From NCBI GenBank assembly GCA_051252375.1, contig JBPOFY010000008.1, positions 32,001-96,000 on the forward strand: a stretch of 64,000 nucleotides of DNA, written 5' to 3'. Shown here piece after piece: positions 26,137-35,832 of this stretch. Position 1 is the stretch's first letter; each line of letters opens with the position of its first letter. Origin of the DNA: Opitutaceae bacterium. GTDB lineage: Bacteria; Verrucomicrobiota; Verrucomicrobiia; Opitutales; Coraliomargaritaceae. A model generated the notes under the pieces. The model saw only the letters and a program-made list of their open reading frames with translations. It ran no database searches and was not told where the DNA came from. Both the position numbers and the translations under genes were made by a program.

Positions 26137-27838
26137 GCTCTTTTCCAAACTCCAGTTAACGAGCAATCGGCAACGCGGGATACTGCTTGCAGGCGCCTTT
26201 GTGGTGGGTCTGCTCATCATTGGTGGTTGCCGTCGTTCCAATAACGTCAAAGCAGAAGAGCAGGTTCAGCTAGACCGCTACTACACTGTAGAGAAAGGCG
26301 ACTTCAACATCACCGTGCTCGCACGTGGCGAACTCGACGCGATCAAGAACCACGAGCTCAAATTTGAAGGCACTGGCAGACTCGGGCTTCGCATCGAATA
26401 CATCGTCGCAGATAAATCAAAAGTCAAAGCCGGCGACCCCGTCGTCACCTTTGCAGATGAAAAGTATGAGGAAGAAATCATGCTGCTCGAACAAAAGATT
26501 TACGACCGCAAAGTAGAGTATGAGAACCGCCTAATTTTCGAAGAGGATTACTACAGCGACTCCATGCGCTCCCAGGAGGAAAAATTGGATGATGCGGTCC
26601 TCAACCTTTCTCTATTTTTAGAAACACAGGCCCTCGCCCGTGATAAATCTTTCAGTAATCTCACTGAAGCCAGTAATGCCTACGAAACCGCACTCGACGC
26701 ACTCAATAAATATGAGAACCTCGATTACCGCACCGAGAGCCGACAAAAACTCTCTGAAATCGACAACAAGGAACAAGAATATCTAGATGCCATCGATGAG
26801 CGCGACAAGGCGGACCAAGAACTATCGGAGGCTCGTTTAAAAGATGAAGACACTCGCGATAAAGCGGAACGAAAGCTGAACCTCGCCGAGAAGAAGGTCG
26901 ATAATGCGATGGTCGCGTGGGAGAACGCACGTAAGGCAGACCGTCAGTTTCGCCGCTACGACCACCCACAAAAGCTGCGCCAACTCTCCATCAGCACAGA
27001 GAAGACCGCACTCAACTTAAAGCGAAGCCTCGTTAATGAACAAAGTGAGCGTGTCCAATCGGAGCGCCGCTATCGCGCCCTACTTCGTGACCGTGAAAGA
27101 ATCGATGAAAAGATCGAAGAGCTGCAGACGAAATATACCGGCGACCTAGAGCGCCTCGCGAAGGATTACGAAACTGACATGGCACGCAATGAGGAACAGC
27201 TCGCCATTTTGAAAAGTGATAACGAGCAGCTCATTCTCCGCGCCCCCATCGACGGCATCGTTTCACTAGGAGACAACAGAAGTCGAGACCGCGGCAGCCA
27301 AGGCATGAAGGTTCTTGAAATCGGAACAAGTGTCTCACCGCGTGAAGTAGTGGCACGCATTCCCGACCTTTCTAAATTCCTCGTTCAATGCGACATCCCG
27401 GAAGTCTATCGATCGCGTATCAGCGTAGGTCAAACGACACTGCTTAAAAATGCCGCCCTGCCCGGCCTCAAGATGACTGGGCAGATTGAGAGCATTGCCA
27501 CCATGTCGCAGCGTTTAATCCGCTGGGATTCACGTAGCCCTCGGATTTACGAAACCAGAATCAACACCAATACTACCGATCCACGACTCGCTCCAGGTAT
27601 GACCGTAGAAGTCGAGATTCTAGTGGATAAGGTCAAAGGCGTTCTCTTCATCCCCATCGAAGCTGTCTATAATAAGGAGGGCAAATCCTACTGCAAAGTG
27701 AAGACCAGCTTCTCAACCGAAGAGGTCGAGGTAACAACTGGTCGCTCGTCCAACAGCTACGTAGAGATCCTCAAAGGGTTAGAACCCGAGGATGTGGTGC
27801 TACTACACGGCTCTGCAGCATCCAACCAAGCGAACTAG
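26129..27838 (+). CDS. Periplasmic adaptor / membrane-fusion protein (HlyD/MacA-like) with very long helical insert
   Basis: N-terminal anchor (possible lipobox IIGGC), lipoyl halves KVKAGDPVV and [24 protein letters not shown] and VEILKGL. GTG 26129 overlaps the secretin stop. Confidence 0.88.
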   Translation: MNKLFSKLQLTSNRQRGILLAGAFVVGLLIIGGCRRSNNVKAEEQVQLDRYYTVEKGDFNITVLARGELDAIKNHELKFEGTGRLGLRIEYIVADKSKVKAGDPVVTFADEKYEEEIMLLEQKIYDRKVEYENRLIFEEDYYSDSMRSQEEKLDDAVLNLSLFLETQALARDKSFSNLTEASNAYETALDALNKYENLDYRTESRQKLSEIDNKEQEYLDAIDERDKADQELSEARLKDEDTRDKAERKLNLAEKKVDNAMVAWENARKADRQFRRYDHPQKLRQLSISTEKTALNLKRSLVNEQSERVQSERRYRALLRDRERIDEKIEELQTKYTGDLERLAKDYETDMARNEEQLAILKSDNEQLILRAPIDGIVSLGDNRSRDRGSQGMKVLEIGTSVSPREVVARIPDLSKFLVQCDIPEVYRSRISVGQTTLLKNAALPGLKMTGQIESIATMSQRLIRWDSRSPRIYETRINTNTTDPRLAPGMTVEVEILVDKVKGVLFIPIEAVYNKEGKSYCKVKTSFSTEEVEVTTGRSSNSYVEILKGLEPEDVVLLHGSAASNQAN

Positions 27839-27854
27839 TTCGCCACTATTTGAG

Positions 27855-28544
27855 ATGACCGAGCAAAGCCAGCAACCCATGGTCGACCTTCGCTCTATCG
27901 CGAAGCGCTACCAGATGGGTGAACATACGGTGCACGCGCTGCACCCACTCAATCTCCAGTTCCACTCCGGGCAATTCGTGGCGATTGTCGGTCCTTCCGG
28001 CTCGGGCAAGTCCACCCTACTCAATTTACTCGGACTACTGGACCAAGCCAGCGCAGGCGAATACTGGCTCGATGGACAAAACGTCGCCAATCTACCTGAT
28101 CACGAAATCTCCGCGATTCGCTGCCTGAAGATCGGTTTCATTTTCCAGTCCTTCAATCTCTTTCCCACCATGTCGGTGCTCGAGAACGTTTGTGTGCCCA
28201 TGCACTACGCCGAGAAGCCGAAGGACTTTATGCGCGAACGAGCGCTGGAAGTGCTCGACCGTCTCGGCTTAAAAGACCGCATCGACCACAAGCCAACCGA
28301 GCTCTCAGGCGGACAACGTCAACGCGTCGCCATTGCCCGCGCACTCGCCAATGACCCACCCGTCCTCCTCGCCGACGAACCTACCGGTAACCTCGACGAA
28401 AACACTGGCGAGGAAGTGATGGAAATCTTCCGCGAGCTCCGCAGCGAAGGGCGATCCGTCATCATGGTCACGCACAACCCCGAATATGAAGATCAAGTTG
28501 ATCGCGTGATTTCGATTCACGATGGAAACATCATCCGTTCCTAG
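27855..28544 (+). CDS. ABC transporter ATP-binding protein, MacB/LolD type
   Basis: [33 protein letters not shown] and MVTH motifs. Confidence 0.95.
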   Translation: MTEQSQQPMVDLRSIAKRYQMGEHTVHALHPLNLQFHSGQFVAIVGPSGSGKSTLLNLLGLLDQASAGEYWLDGQNVANLPDHEISAIRCLKIGFIFQSFNLFPTMSVLENVCVPMHYAEKPKDFMRERALEVLDRLGLKDRIDHKPTELSGGQRQRVAIARALANDPPVLLADEPTGNLDENTGEEVMEIFRELRSEGRSVIMVTHNPEYEDQVDRVISIHDGNIIRS

Positions 28545-28546
28545 GT

Positions 28547-29782
28547 ATGCGCTTTTCCAATACATTCAAACTCTCCATTTCGAGTTTAGCCACGCACCCC
28601 TTCCGTTCATTCTTGGCGGGTCTTGGCGTGGTCTTTGGTGTGGGCGCCGTCGTCGGGATGCTCGCCATTGGTGAAGGCGCACGGATCGAATCCATTCGGC
28701 AGATCCAAGAAATGGGAGTTGATAAAATCATCGTCCGCTCAAAGACCGTCGGCTCACAAGACACCGCCACCGAACAAAGCGGCACGGTCGGCATCACCAC
28801 CCAAGACATCCAACACTTTTCGACATCCTTCGATAACGTCAAAGCGGTCTTACCTATCAGTAGTTGGAAAGGCACCATCATCAGTCAGTGGGCTCATGAT
28901 CGCAATGCGCACGCCGTAGCCGTGCCGATCGAATTTCTGGATATCACCAAGGCGCATTTAATCGGCACGAAAAGTCGCTTCATTAGCAGCAAGGACAATA
29001 ACGATTCTGCTTCTATTTGCCTAATAGGCAGCCGCGCCGCAAAAGAGTATTTTCAGTTTCGCGAACCGATCGGCGAGCGCATCAATCTCTTCGGCACATA
29101 CTTCACAGTGGTGGGTGTGGTCAATCACCCCGCAGACCGCAAGTTAGCCAGCATCGGCAATATCAACAACCTCATATACGTGCCTCATAAAACAGGCATG
29201 AACTATTGGGGCGCCCCGATCAGCAAAGGTAAGATCATAGAATACGATTTAATGTATATTGTCGTCAACGATGTCGCACAAATCGAGAACACCAGTCGAC
29301 GAGTTGAGAGCTATCTAAGCACCACACATAAAGAGAATGATTACGAAGTGATCCTCCCCTTCGAGTTAATGAAACAACAAGAAGCGACACAGCGGATCTT
29401 TACCGTGGTCATGGCATCCATTGCCTCCATCTCACTCCTCGTCGGTGGTATCGGCATCATGAACATCATGCTGGCCAATATCTATGAGCGCATGAAGGAG
29501 ATCGGCACCCGCCGCGCGCTCGGCGCCACGCGCATGGATATCCTTGTTCAATTTTTAGTCGAGTCAGTCACCCTCACCGCATTCGGCGGACTGATCGGCT
29601 CAATCGTCGGCGTCGCCCTCGCCTCCCTAGTCTCCCAATACGCCGACATGCCGACATCTGTCACCGCTTATTCAGTCGTCATCTCGCTCGTCGTCTCAAT
29701 CGTCACCGGCGTCGCCTTCGGCTCCTTCCCAGCATGGAAAGCTGCCAGCCTCTCCCCGATGGAAGCGCTACGCCGAGAGTAA
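28547..29782 (+). CDS. ABC transporter permease, MacB/FtsX type
   Basis: RSFLAGLGVVFGVGAV, a large periplasmic loop, LLVGGIGIMNIML..ERMKEIGTRRALGA and PMEALRRE. Confidence 0.95.
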   Translation: MRFSNTFKLSISSLATHPFRSFLAGLGVVFGVGAVVGMLAIGEGARIESIRQIQEMGVDKIIVRSKTVGSQDTATEQSGTVGITTQDIQHFSTSFDNVKAVLPISSWKGTIISQWAHDRNAHAVAVPIEFLDITKAHLIGTKSRFISSKDNNDSASICLIGSRAAKEYFQFREPIGERINLFGTYFTVVGVVNHPADRKLASIGNINNLIYVPHKTGMNYWGAPISKGKIIEYDLMYIVVNDVAQIENTSRRVESYLSTTHKENDYEVILPFELMKQQEATQRIFTVVMASIASISLLVGGIGIMNIMLANIYERMKEIGTRRALGATRMDILVQFLVESVTLTAFGGLIGSIVGVALASLVSQYADMPTSVTAYSVVISLVVSIVTGVAFGSFPAWKAASLSPMEALRRE

Positions 29783-29851
29783 CTAAACGCACTCGGGCAT
29801 GAATATGCCATGGTTGCATTCGCCGTCATTTTAAGCGACCCTGCTACCTGT

Positions 29852-30910
29852 ATGACATTGCTACTTATCTATATCGGCATCGCGCTCGGCTTTTCCTTCT
29901 TGTGCTCCCTACTCGAAGCGACCCTGCTCACCATTACGCCGACCCAACTACAGACCGCCAAGTCGAAAGGCAAACATTGGGCAGAGCGGCTACAAGGACT
30001 GAAGCGTGATATCGACAAGCCTCTGTCCGCGATCCTGACCTTAAACACCATTGCCCACACCATGGGAGCTACCGGAGCTGGCGCACAATATACACGCGTG
30101 TATGGAGATGCTACAGGTGGCGTCTTCGCCGCAATACTCACGCTCTTGGTTCTGATACTCTCCGAAATCATACCTAAAACTTTAGGAGCTCGCTACACCC
30201 TCTTATTTGCACCCTTTACCGCTCGCGTGCTGCCAATAATGGAATGGGGGTTGCGCCCCGTCGTCTGGATCTGCCAAGGCATCACACACCTAATTACCTT
30301 CGGCCGTGCCCATGCAAAACCCAAGCACCGCGAAGAGCTCTTGGCCGTTGCCCGCTTAGGTGAGGAAGATGGATCGATCCGCGCCGCCGAGAGCCGGATC
30401 GTCCGCAACATGCTCAACCTCTCTCAAATTCAAATCGATGGTATCATGACGCCCCGCCCCGTCATGTTTTCACTACCGGAAACCACGCCGCTTGCGGAAT
30501 TCGCGGAAGTGGCTGAGCAACATACCTTTTCCAGGATCCCCGTGTATGGAGACAATCGTGAAACCATCACCGGGTTCGTGCTCCGCTCGGACGCACTACA
30601 AGCTTGCCTCAAAGACCCCGACCAGACTTTGGCAGCCGTCAAACGACAAGTCACCTTCGTCCCCAAGACGATGACCGTGGACACACTCTTCCGTAAGATG
30701 ATCGAAGAACGCTACCACATGGCCCTCGTCCAGGACGAATACGGCAGCACCGCCGGTCTAGTCACTCTCGAAGACGCGGTCGAAACGCTCGTCGGCGTCG
30801 AGATCGTCGACGAAAAAGACACGGTCACCGACCTGCGCAAACTCGCCCGCCAGCTCTGGCAGAAACGCGCAAAGGAAATGGGTATCGATACCGAGCAAAG
30901 CGCTGAATAA
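29852..30910 (+). CDS. CNNM/CorB-type (DUF21 + CBS) membrane protein
   Basis: SFLCSLLEA, LTLNTIAHT, SEIIPKTLG, IMTPR, FSRIPVY and DEYG..GLVTLED motifs. Confidence 0.92.
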   Translation: MTLLLIYIGIALGFSFLCSLLEATLLTITPTQLQTAKSKGKHWAERLQGLKRDIDKPLSAILTLNTIAHTMGATGAGAQYTRVYGDATGGVFAAILTLLVLILSEIIPKTLGARYTLLFAPFTARVLPIMEWGLRPVVWICQGITHLITFGRAHAKPKHREELLAVARLGEEDGSIRAAESRIVRNMLNLSQIQIDGIMTPRPVMFSLPETTPLAEFAEVAEQHTFSRIPVYGDNRETITGFVLRSDALQACLKDPDQTLAAVKRQVTFVPKTMTVDTLFRKMIEERYHMALVQDEYGSTAGLVTLEDAVETLVGVEIVDEKDTVTDLRKLARQLWQKRAKEMGIDTEQSAE

Positions 30911-30949
30911 TTCTGCGATCATGACAGCATTTTTTGGCTCGATTTTTTA

Positions 30950-31080
30950 AACTACAAAAAACGCGAAAGGCACGAAAACAGGAGCGACTCATTCAAATAC
31001 ATTTTCGCGCAAGTCGCGCCTTTGCTTCGCCATCTCCGGACTTCAGCGAGCTCAGTCGAGTCGCAGACCTCCGTCGTGGT
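30950..31080. repeat. Composite REP-like element: 9-bp-period inverted arms with a nested insertion
   Basis: Left arm ACTACAAAAAACGCGAAAGGCACGAAAA. The right arm TTTTCGCGCAAGTCGCGCCTT...TCGTGGT is split by about 50 bp containing GACTTCAGCGAGCTCAGTCGAGTCG. Confidence 0.6.
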
Positions 31081-31355
31081 CAAACTCTATCTCCTGCTTC
31101 AGCTCTAACGTTTATTCTGAAATATCTGAACTTGCCTTATACAAGCTGACAAACATCGTCCATCCTCTCTAATGCAATTCAACAAACTCAGCTGGCTCCT
31201 AATCGTTCGCGTGAAAGTAACACGTGAAGCGGGTCAGCTGTAACTAATAATAAGGTATACGGAGACTCGCTACAGGCGGTCTCCGGAATTGCACGACAGA
31301 TAGAACTGTTGGCGCGGAGCCGCACTGGAAACGAGTTTTCCACGAACGCTCCAGA

Positions 31356-32237
31356 ATGGAAAACACAACAGTCGCACAATCATTCAGCGAACGCCGCGGC
31401 ATCATATTGATGATCGCCTCGGTTTGCTGCTTCACAGCCACATCGTTGCTACTCAGTTACGTTAATCAGACCTACGGTGTCAGTGGTTGGGTGGCTTCGG
31501 CCTACCGTGGCATCATCGGACTCATTGCGGTTGTCGCGATGCAAGGCAGCACTGGCAAGTTGGCGCTTCAGCGTATCGTGACACGCCCACTCTTGTTTAT
31601 GCGTGGCCTTGTTGGCGGTGCCACGATCCCAATCTATTACTTGTGCATTATGGAGCTTGGTCCCGGACGTGCAGGAATGATCGGAGGGTCATGGCCCCTA
31701 TTCGGTGCGATCTTCGCAGCCGTAATGTTGCGCGAAGGTTTGAGCCGACGTTTCTTCGCCTACATCGCACTCGCCTTAGGCGGACTCGTCGCGGTATTCG
31801 CCAGCAAAGGCTTGGAAGCCTCTAAGCCGTTCTATGATCTGCTCTCACTCTGCGGTGCCGCAGCGGGAGGGCTTTGCGTGGTCATGATCCGACATTTGCG
31901 GCACACAGAAAGCACTAGTAACATCTTCGCCTCACAGTGTATCTTCACACTAATCATTGGCGCGTGCACCTCTAGCAGCGCATTCTTCATCACGGATCCC
32001 ACCGTGCTGGGCTTGGTTTTGCTCGCTTCGATCGCAGTAGTCGGCGGTCAGCTTTGCATCACTGAAGCCTTCAGGCATATCAACGTCGCGAAGGGCTCCA
32101 CCTTACAAATGCTCACACCGGCACTAACTGTGATTTGCAGCGCCAGTTTACTAGGAGAATCTTTCAGCGCAGTGGAGATCCTAGGTGGCGGTGCAATTTT
32201 GTTTGCTAGCTACCAAATCGTCATTGCAAAGAAATAA
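31356..32237 (+). CDS. DMT/EamA family transporter
   Basis: About ten hydrophobic helices in two repeats; LFMRGLVG and LLGES motifs. Confidence 0.9.
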   Translation: MENTTVAQSFSERRGIILMIASVCCFTATSLLLSYVNQTYGVSGWVASAYRGIIGLIAVVAMQGSTGKLALQRIVTRPLLFMRGLVGGATIPIYYLCIMELGPGRAGMIGGSWPLFGAIFAAVMLREGLSRRFFAYIALALGGLVAVFASKGLEASKPFYDLLSLCGAAAGGLCVVMIRHLRHTESTSNIFASQCIFTLIIGACTSSSAFFITDPTVLGLVLLASIAVVGGQLCITEAFRHINVAKGSTLQMLTPALTVICSASLLGESFSAVEILGGGAILFASYQIVIAKK

Positions 32238-32254
32238 GATTAGGCAAAGCCACC

Positions 32255-32289
32255 CTATACACGGATGAGGGCAACTCATCCGTGTATAG
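32255..32289. repeat. Perfect 15-bp hairpin (REP-like or terminator)
   Basis: CTATACACGGATGAG-GGCAA-CTCATCCGTGTATAG directly after the DMT stop; no U-tract. Confidence 0.75.
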
Positions 32290-32441
32290 CCCAGATGCTC
32301 GTCTGAGACGAAGTCGGTGCTAATAAAATCAACTCACAGCGCATATCTAAAAAAGATGTAAAAGCGGATAGACGTTAGGTTCTAGAATTGACTCTACGTG
32401 ATATCTGTAAAATGAAGTAGGTAGAGGAGGAAGCGTATCTA

Positions 32442-34205
32442 ATGTCAAATCCACGAAAAATTAAACCAACAGACTTAAAGCTACTAGTCGATAGGACTAT
32501 AAGTCTCGATCTTAGTGCTACGCTAATTGATGCATATTCTGCATTTAAGGATTCTGGCTTTGATTGTATTGCAGTCGTAGAAGGTGATAAACCGGTCGGC
32601 TTATTGAGACTTAAAGATTTGCCTCCCATACCAAAGGAAGAGCAACCCAAGCGAGGCTTTTTGTTTTCACGAAATCGAAAGAACGATCAGCCTGACGTAG
32701 AAATCAGCTCACTGATGCTTAAAGACCCTTTGATTATCGAATATGGCACAGATATAGATGTATTGTTTCACACTGTTTTCGAACGCGCTGGCCAACGCCT
32801 GAAAGAAGACGTTATTCTTGTTAGGGCAGACGGATCTTACTTTGGATTGATACCTGCGAATGCCGTGTTTCGCTTGCTTTATGGATTTTTGGGCAAGCAC
32901 ATGAAAGAGCTGCGCGTTCAAAAAGAGAAAGTGATGCTACAGAATATGCAGGTAGTTAAAGTGCAGAAAGATTTAGAGCTAACGAACGATAAATTATTGA
33001 TATCGCGAGACAAGGCTCTCGAGGGCGTGCGAATGAAAAATATCTTTTTGGCGAATATGAGCCATGAGATACGCACCCCGATGAATGGTGTCTTCGGCAT
33101 GATCGATTTACTCTATGATACTGAATTGGACCATGACCAAGAGCAGCTAGTCTCTACGGCTCGTAGCAGTGCTGAGACATTGATGCGTATCATTAATGAC
33201 ATTTTAGATTTTTCTAAAATTGAGGCGGGCAAGGTCAGCGTCGAAATGATGCCGTTTAATATTAAGGAAGTCATTGAATCCTCGGTTGCTCTGTATTCAG
33301 ACGCAGCGACGGAAAAGGACATTGAGTTAGTGCTGACTTTCGAGGATTTACCCAACTGGGTGGTGGGCGATCCACACCGCTATCAGCAAATATTTAACAA
33401 CTTAGTCAGTAACGCGATCAAGTTCACAGAATGCGGCGAAGTGAAGATCACGGCTTCAGGTGTCGTCACAAAGGAAGGCGAAGCTATTTTAACTGAGATC
33501 AAGGATTCGGGTATAGGTATATCGACTGACAAGGTTGATACCATATTCCAACCATTCACTCAGGCGGATGAATCTACCGTCAGGAAATACGGAGGAACTG
33601 GACTAGGGCTTTCAATATGTAAAGATCTCGCTGATTTACTCGGTGGGTATATCGAATGCGACAGCCAGTTAGGTGATGGCTCTGAATTTTCTTATGTAGT
33701 GCCTTTTGCTACATATCATGTTGACGGAGTCAGCGAGGAGAAGTGCGCGAATAGTAGTAAGAAATGCTCCTCGACGAAATTTTCGGATCGAGCTGATTTC
33801 AGCGGCATGAAAGTGCTCTTAGTTGAGGATAATATCGTCAACCAAGAGGTGGCTAATCGTTTCTTGTTAAAATTAAACTGTGAAGTCGATATCGTGGAAA
33901 ATGGAAGTGTCGCTTTGGACTATCTCGCCGCAAATGGCTATGATTGTATATTCATGGACTGCCAAATGCCCGTAATGGATGGATACGAATCGACAAAGTC
34001 TATTCGCCAGGGTCTAGCCGGAGAAAATAACAAAGATATATTCATTGCAGCGATGACGGCACATGCCCTGTCTGGCGACCGAGAAAAGTGCATCGAGCAC
34101 GGGATGGATCACTATTTCAGCAAGCCGTTCGGATTACATGATTTCCGGAAGTCCTTAATACTATCGACCGAGAAGGCTAAGAGTGTTTACGGGCACGCTG
34201 GCTGA
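32442..34205 (+). CDS. Cytoplasmic hybrid histidine kinase, CBS pair-HisKA-HATPase-REC
   Basis: N-terminal CBS-like pair, FLANMSHEIRTPMNG, NLVSNAIKFT, GGTGLGL, LLVEDN and FMDCQMP; no TM segment. Confidence 0.92.
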   Translation: MSNPRKIKPTDLKLLVDRTISLDLSATLIDAYSAFKDSGFDCIAVVEGDKPVGLLRLKDLPPIPKEEQPKRGFLFSRNRKNDQPDVEISSLMLKDPLIIEYGTDIDVLFHTVFERAGQRLKEDVILVRADGSYFGLIPANAVFRLLYGFLGKHMKELRVQKEKVMLQNMQVVKVQKDLELTNDKLLISRDKALEGVRMKNIFLANMSHEIRTPMNGVFGMIDLLYDTELDHDQEQLVSTARSSAETLMRIINDILDFSKIEAGKVSVEMMPFNIKEVIESSVALYSDAATEKDIELVLTFEDLPNWVVGDPHRYQQIFNNLVSNAIKFTECGEVKITASGVVTKEGEAILTEIKDSGIGISTDKVDTIFQPFTQADESTVRKYGGTGLGLSICKDLADLLGGYIECDSQLGDGSEFSYVVPFATYHVDGVSEEKCANSSKKCSSTKFSDRADFSGMKVLLVEDNIVNQEVANRFLLKLNCEVDIVENGSVALDYLAANGYDCIFMDCQMPVMDGYESTKSIRQGLAGENNKDIFIAAMTAHALSGDREKCIEHGMDHYFSKPFGLHDFRKSLILSTEKAKSVYGHAG

Positions 34206-34255
34206 GTTCGCCCTTCTCAATCGCCTTCATCTGGCGGATCATACGTATTCAATGG

Positions 34256-34283
34256 TTTTCGTGTCTTTTGCGATTTTCGTAGT
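34256..34283. repeat. Single arm of the 9-bp-period REP-like family
   Basis: The reverse complement ACTACGAAAATCGCAAAAGACACGAAAA matches 30951..30978 at 24/28. Confidence 0.6.
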
Positions 34284-34290
34284 ATAACCT

Positions 34291-34902
34291 TCAGCTCCTC
34301 ATCCGTGAAATGCCCAGTCCCCTGTTTAGATAGATACCAACCGCGCCATCTTCATCATCGAAAACAAGTGTGTGCTTTTCAATCTTCAGGAATTGGCGGA
34401 AAGCTTTTAGCCGCTCATTCACCAGTAAAACATCACCTTGATGATTACCAAGAAAAGTCCGCATAGCCTTCAGTGTTTTTGCATCATATATTAAAAAGCT
34501 AGCGACGACTAAATCCACTTCGGGCAAATCAATCGCCTCATAAGAACCGAGTAGTGTCGTGTAGTTTTCCAGTCCATTTTGATCCATTTGTTCCGCGCAC
34601 AATTCGACTGCGGCCGGCGCGAGATCATTGATCCATACGTGTGAACAATATTTGCCCAACACCACTGTCTCGGCGCCGACACCTGCACCCAAAACCAGCA
34701 CGCGCTTACCTCGAATATGATCCAAGTTTTCCAGCAGCCACCGATTGAGCACTTCCGTTACGCCCCAGCGACAATCATAAAACACAGCCACCCCCGCATC
34801 CATATCCGAGCGCACCCGTGCTTCTACGTATGGATGATCAAGGTTGATCAATACATACGACTCATCTTTAATATGAACCGACTCCCAAAGTTGCCCCTGC
34901 AT
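34291..34902 (-). CDS. Class I SAM-dependent methyltransferase (Methyltransf_16-like)
   Basis: GKRVLVLGAGVG motif I, WIND, DLVVAS. Confidence 0.8.
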   Translation of the reverse strand: MQGQLWESVHIKDESYVLINLDHPYVEARVRSDMDAGVAVFYDCRWGVTEVLNRWLLENLDHIRGKRVLVLGAGVGAETVVLGKYCSHVWINDLAPAAVELCAEQMDQNGLENYTTLLGSYEAIDLPEVDLVVASFLIYDAKTLKAMRTFLGNHQGDVLLVNERLKAFRQFLKIEKHTLVFDDEDGAVGIYLNRGLGISRMRS

Positions 34903-35055
34903 ACAGAACAGAGTCAAATTCTACGCATCGCGGCAACTACCATGTAGGTCTAATCTCAGCCCTGCTCTGAAACCTAAAAGCGTGACTTCCCCCGTATGTG
35001 ATCTTTAAACAGAACACACAATCCGGGACACACTCAATCGCACCTAAACAACAAT

Positions 35056-35502
35056 ATGAAAATAGAAGCCGTCAATTCAGATGCTTGGAATATAGCCAAA
35101 GGAACCAATCCAGAAAAGCCGACAGTCTTGCGTTTTCGACCTAGCCTAGAGGCATTTCTAGGAGATGGAAACTATCCCCGAAGACTCGCCATCACTTGGC
35201 AGTTTGAGCCAGTGGATGCCACAGGCATGCCATCCGATACTCAAAGCGCCGATATGAAAGATTTCGAAGACCTGATGATCGAAGCGCTGGATCCAGACCG
35301 CTTAGCAATCCTCGCCTTCGTATTCACCAGTGGCGGGTCCAGGGAGTGGCACTTTTATCTCTCAGACGTCAGCGAAGTCGGCATTCGCATCAATCAAGCC
35401 CTCTCAACCATCCCCAAGCTTCCGATCGAACTAAACGTCGAGGACGACCCAAATTGGGACGAACTAAGGCCCGTCTACCAACTGCGTAATCAAGGCGAAT
35501 AA
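35056..35502 (+). CDS. DUF695 family protein
   Basis: YPRRLAITWQF, GMPS, FED, GSREWHFY and DDPNW. Confidence 0.8.
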   Translation: MKIEAVNSDAWNIAKGTNPEKPTVLRFRPSLEAFLGDGNYPRRLAITWQFEPVDATGMPSDTQSADMKDFEDLMIEALDPDRLAILAFVFTSGGSREWHFYLSDVSEVGIRINQALSTIPKLPIELNVEDDPNWDELRPVYQLRNQGE

Positions 35503-35541
35503 ATCCGGCTGAAAAAAGGGATTCTTCGACTGCCCCATGGA

Positions 35542-35564
35542 ATCTTTATATTTTGCGTTCGACC
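35542..35564 (+). repeat. 23-bp inverted repeat, left copy
   Basis: ATCTTTATATTTTGCGTTCGACC is the reverse complement of 38955..38977 at 21/23. Confidence 0.8.
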
Positions 35565-35621
35565 CCTTTTTAGCCCCTTTTTAGCCCCGCCCTTTTTAGC
35601 CCCCGACCCCTTTTTAGCCCC
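35563..35621 (+). repeat. Four imperfect tandem copies of CCCTTTTTAGCCCC
   Basis: Directly visible; abuts the left inverted repeat, and one copy regenerates CGACCCCTTTT. Confidence 0.85.
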
Positions 35622-35832
35622 TGATGTAAATATTCACCCCGTTTTCCAGCCCCCAAGCTTGATATACGGCGCTTAACTCACGTCCGCTCCTACGTCGCTC
35701 AAGACGCTAAGCTGCCAACGTATCTATCTTTGCACCTCTCGCCTTTATCAATATCCTGTAAGGTAAAACAAGGTTGCCGATTTGGCGCTCGTCGAATACA
35801 AATTAAGCTTCCTCTACTTAAAGAAGCGCGAC

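Noticed and set aside
31189..31352. Assignment of the DMT leader to a known riboswitch class (THF, ZTP, guanidine, SAM, fluoride)
   Set aside because: The conserved nucleotides I recall for these classes were not found; kept only as an unclassified structured leader.
35563..35621. CCCTTTTTAGCC run as a phase-variation tract for the kinase
   Set aside because: The units are irregular, lie about 200 bp upstream of the likely start and are continuous with the inverted-repeat end, so an element-end stutter fits better.
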